The position numbers were made by a program, and so were the translations under genes. A model generated the notes under the pieces. That model had not been told where the DNA came from, searched no databases, and saw only the letters and a list, made by a program, of their open reading frames with translations. This document shows positions 62,865 through 64,000 of a DNA stretch of 64,000 nucleotides, one piece after another. The stretch's first letter is position 1; each line of letters starts with the position of its first letter. The DNA is taken from positions 26,553 through 90,552 of the forward strand of contig DJIF01000130.1 in NCBI GenBank assembly GCA_002433485.1. The letters are read 5' to 3'. The stretch comes from Deltaproteobacteria bacterium UBA6601 (GTDB lineage Bacteria; Myxococcota_A; UBA796; UBA9615).

Positions 62865-64000
62865 TCAAGCCTGTCCGATCCACTCGCGGATAGACGGGAG
62901 GTGGCGGCCGCTCCACTGATCATCCAGGCGCTGCTCACAGAACCGTACAAACAAGGCATCCACGATTCCCCACGCCTCCTCCAGCAGAAACATTCGCTCA
63001 TAGAGCTGCTCTTCGCCAGGATCTTTGCATTCAGCAGGGACCTTCAGTCCACCCATTTGCAGACCTTCGCCGCGGAATTCCAACGAGTACTCGCGTTCCT
63101 TGATGCGCAATCCAAGCCGGGCCGACTCAATGGTCTTGCCCGCAGCGAGTGCCGTGCGGGCTTCCAGGGTAGTGGCCGGGGCGCCGCCCTTGAGGTCGCT
63201 GACTTGAGGCTTGTCGTCCGAGGTGCTGAAGCGGATGCGGTCATCGATCCAGAAGTCAACAGAGCCGTAATGGGGCAGCTCCATGTTGGCGAATCCTTGC
63301 TCGCTCTGCCACCACAACCAGATGAGAAACTCACGGCCCATGAAGGTGTCGGCGGCATGCTCTCCGATGGCATTGGCTGAACTGGAAATGTGGATCATGC
63401 TCGGTGCTCCGTTCGGTAGTCAGAGTGGCCGGTGGCATCGAGACGGTGGAGCCACGTGTCCACTAAAGGATGCCGGCCCATCGCACCGACCACGCCGACC
63501 GGGACCAGATCTAGGTCAAAGGTCTGGCCAAAACGGTGGCGAAAGGATTCGTTTACCTTGCGACTGTTCGAGAAGAACCAAACCCTGTGGTTGGCGAGAT
63601 CCCAGCAGATGTCATGGGCATTTACGCTGGGCAGCTGTTGCGGCAGTAGTTCGAGTTCAAGCTGTTCCTTGAGTTCGCGCTTCACCCGACTGGGAATGCG
63701 GTCAGCGCCACGTTCCTTCATCCAATTGTCGGCCCGCAGTTCAAGCTCCGCCCGCACCAGCTTGGCGGGCAGGCGCTTGTTGTCGACGCGCAGTGCAAAA
63801 CACAGGTACTGGCTATAGGCGCTGTCTTCGGAGCTGAACTCTGTGACGCACAGATTATGGAGATTGACCCAACCAAGAGTCTCTCCTGAGGTGGCCTTGG
63901 AAAAAGGTTCCTTAAAGGCGTTCTCATTGAGCCGCTGGATCAGGTCATCCCGCTGCAGATCGTCGGGAGGATCGACGACCTGATAACGATTGGCGCCCAT
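62865..64000 (-). pseudogene. rdgC: rdgC (recombination-associated protein RdgC) interrupted by a frameshift: two overlapping ORFs 63395..64000 and 62865..63398
   Basis: ORF 63395..64000 aligns to RdgC residues 1-~170 (…GWV…, LCFALRVDNKRLPAKLVRAEL cf. ICARKEEKILPSPVIKQAL). ORF 62865..63398 aligns to the C-terminal half from approximately residue 175 (EFLIWLWWQSEQGF cf. ELTLTEWVRSGSAPQGF). The two share only a 4-nt ATGA overlap in different frames. It could equally be a sequencing indel. Confidence 0.45.

Noticed and set aside
62799-63380. 193-aa plus-strand ORF
   Set aside because: Antisense to the C-terminal rdgC segment, which has clear homology. Low-complexity translation.

Overview
High-GC (about 64-65%) bacterial chromosomal segment that is densely coding on both strands and dominated by housekeeping operons. 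The gene content (DnaK paralog with a PilZ-like C-terminus, IHF, multihaem cytochromes, secreted CAP-domain protein) suggests a Myxococcota-like deltaproteobacterium; this is inference only. I found no transposase, integrase, phage gene, CRISPR array or rRNA gene, and one tRNA, tRNA-Arg(CCG). Recognisable blocks, in window order: (1) 7TM-HD, phoH, secreted CAP-domain protein, ald. (2) coaX, birA, nadC. (3) A degenerate response regulator divergent from a GCS2-type glutamate-cysteine ligase. (4) SpoU/TrmH-family methyltransferase, PIN-PhoH, IHF, recJ. (5) The canonical queA-tgt-yajC-secD-secF operon, with nadE divergent. (6) A translationally coupled coaBC(+ceramidase-like)/UDG-like/nfeD/stomatin string, followed by tsaC and a leucine-type dehydrogenase. 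(7) slt, a pentahaem cytochrome c, fabG. (8) A DnaK paralog with PilZ-like C-terminus, then purF-purL-purQ-purS-purB. (9) MBL hydrolase, FAD oxidoreductase, unknown NAD-binding protein. (10) mlaE-mlaE-mlaF-mlaD. (11) An uncharacterised module: YkgJ-type Cys-cluster protein, a membrane/AMMECR1-like/(alpha/alpha)6 protein and a thioredoxin/octahaem cytochrome fusion. (12) A RadC-JAB/DinG helicase fusion, a DUF2520-like protein, tRNA-Arg and a frameshifted rdgC. The three things most worth a second look are the membrane-AMMECR1-toroid plus Trx-octahaem pair (55002-58867), the CoaBC ORF that reads through without a stop into an approximately 880-aa lipoprotein-type neutral-ceramidase-like protein (27559-31383), and the JAB-DinG fusion. 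Product calls come from my own reading of the supplied ORF translations (conserved motifs, gene order); I ran no database search. Start codons were chosen by codon arithmetic from the ORF track plus visible RBS-like motifs. Coordinates of hand-placed features (starts, tRNA, repeats) may be off by 1-2 nt.
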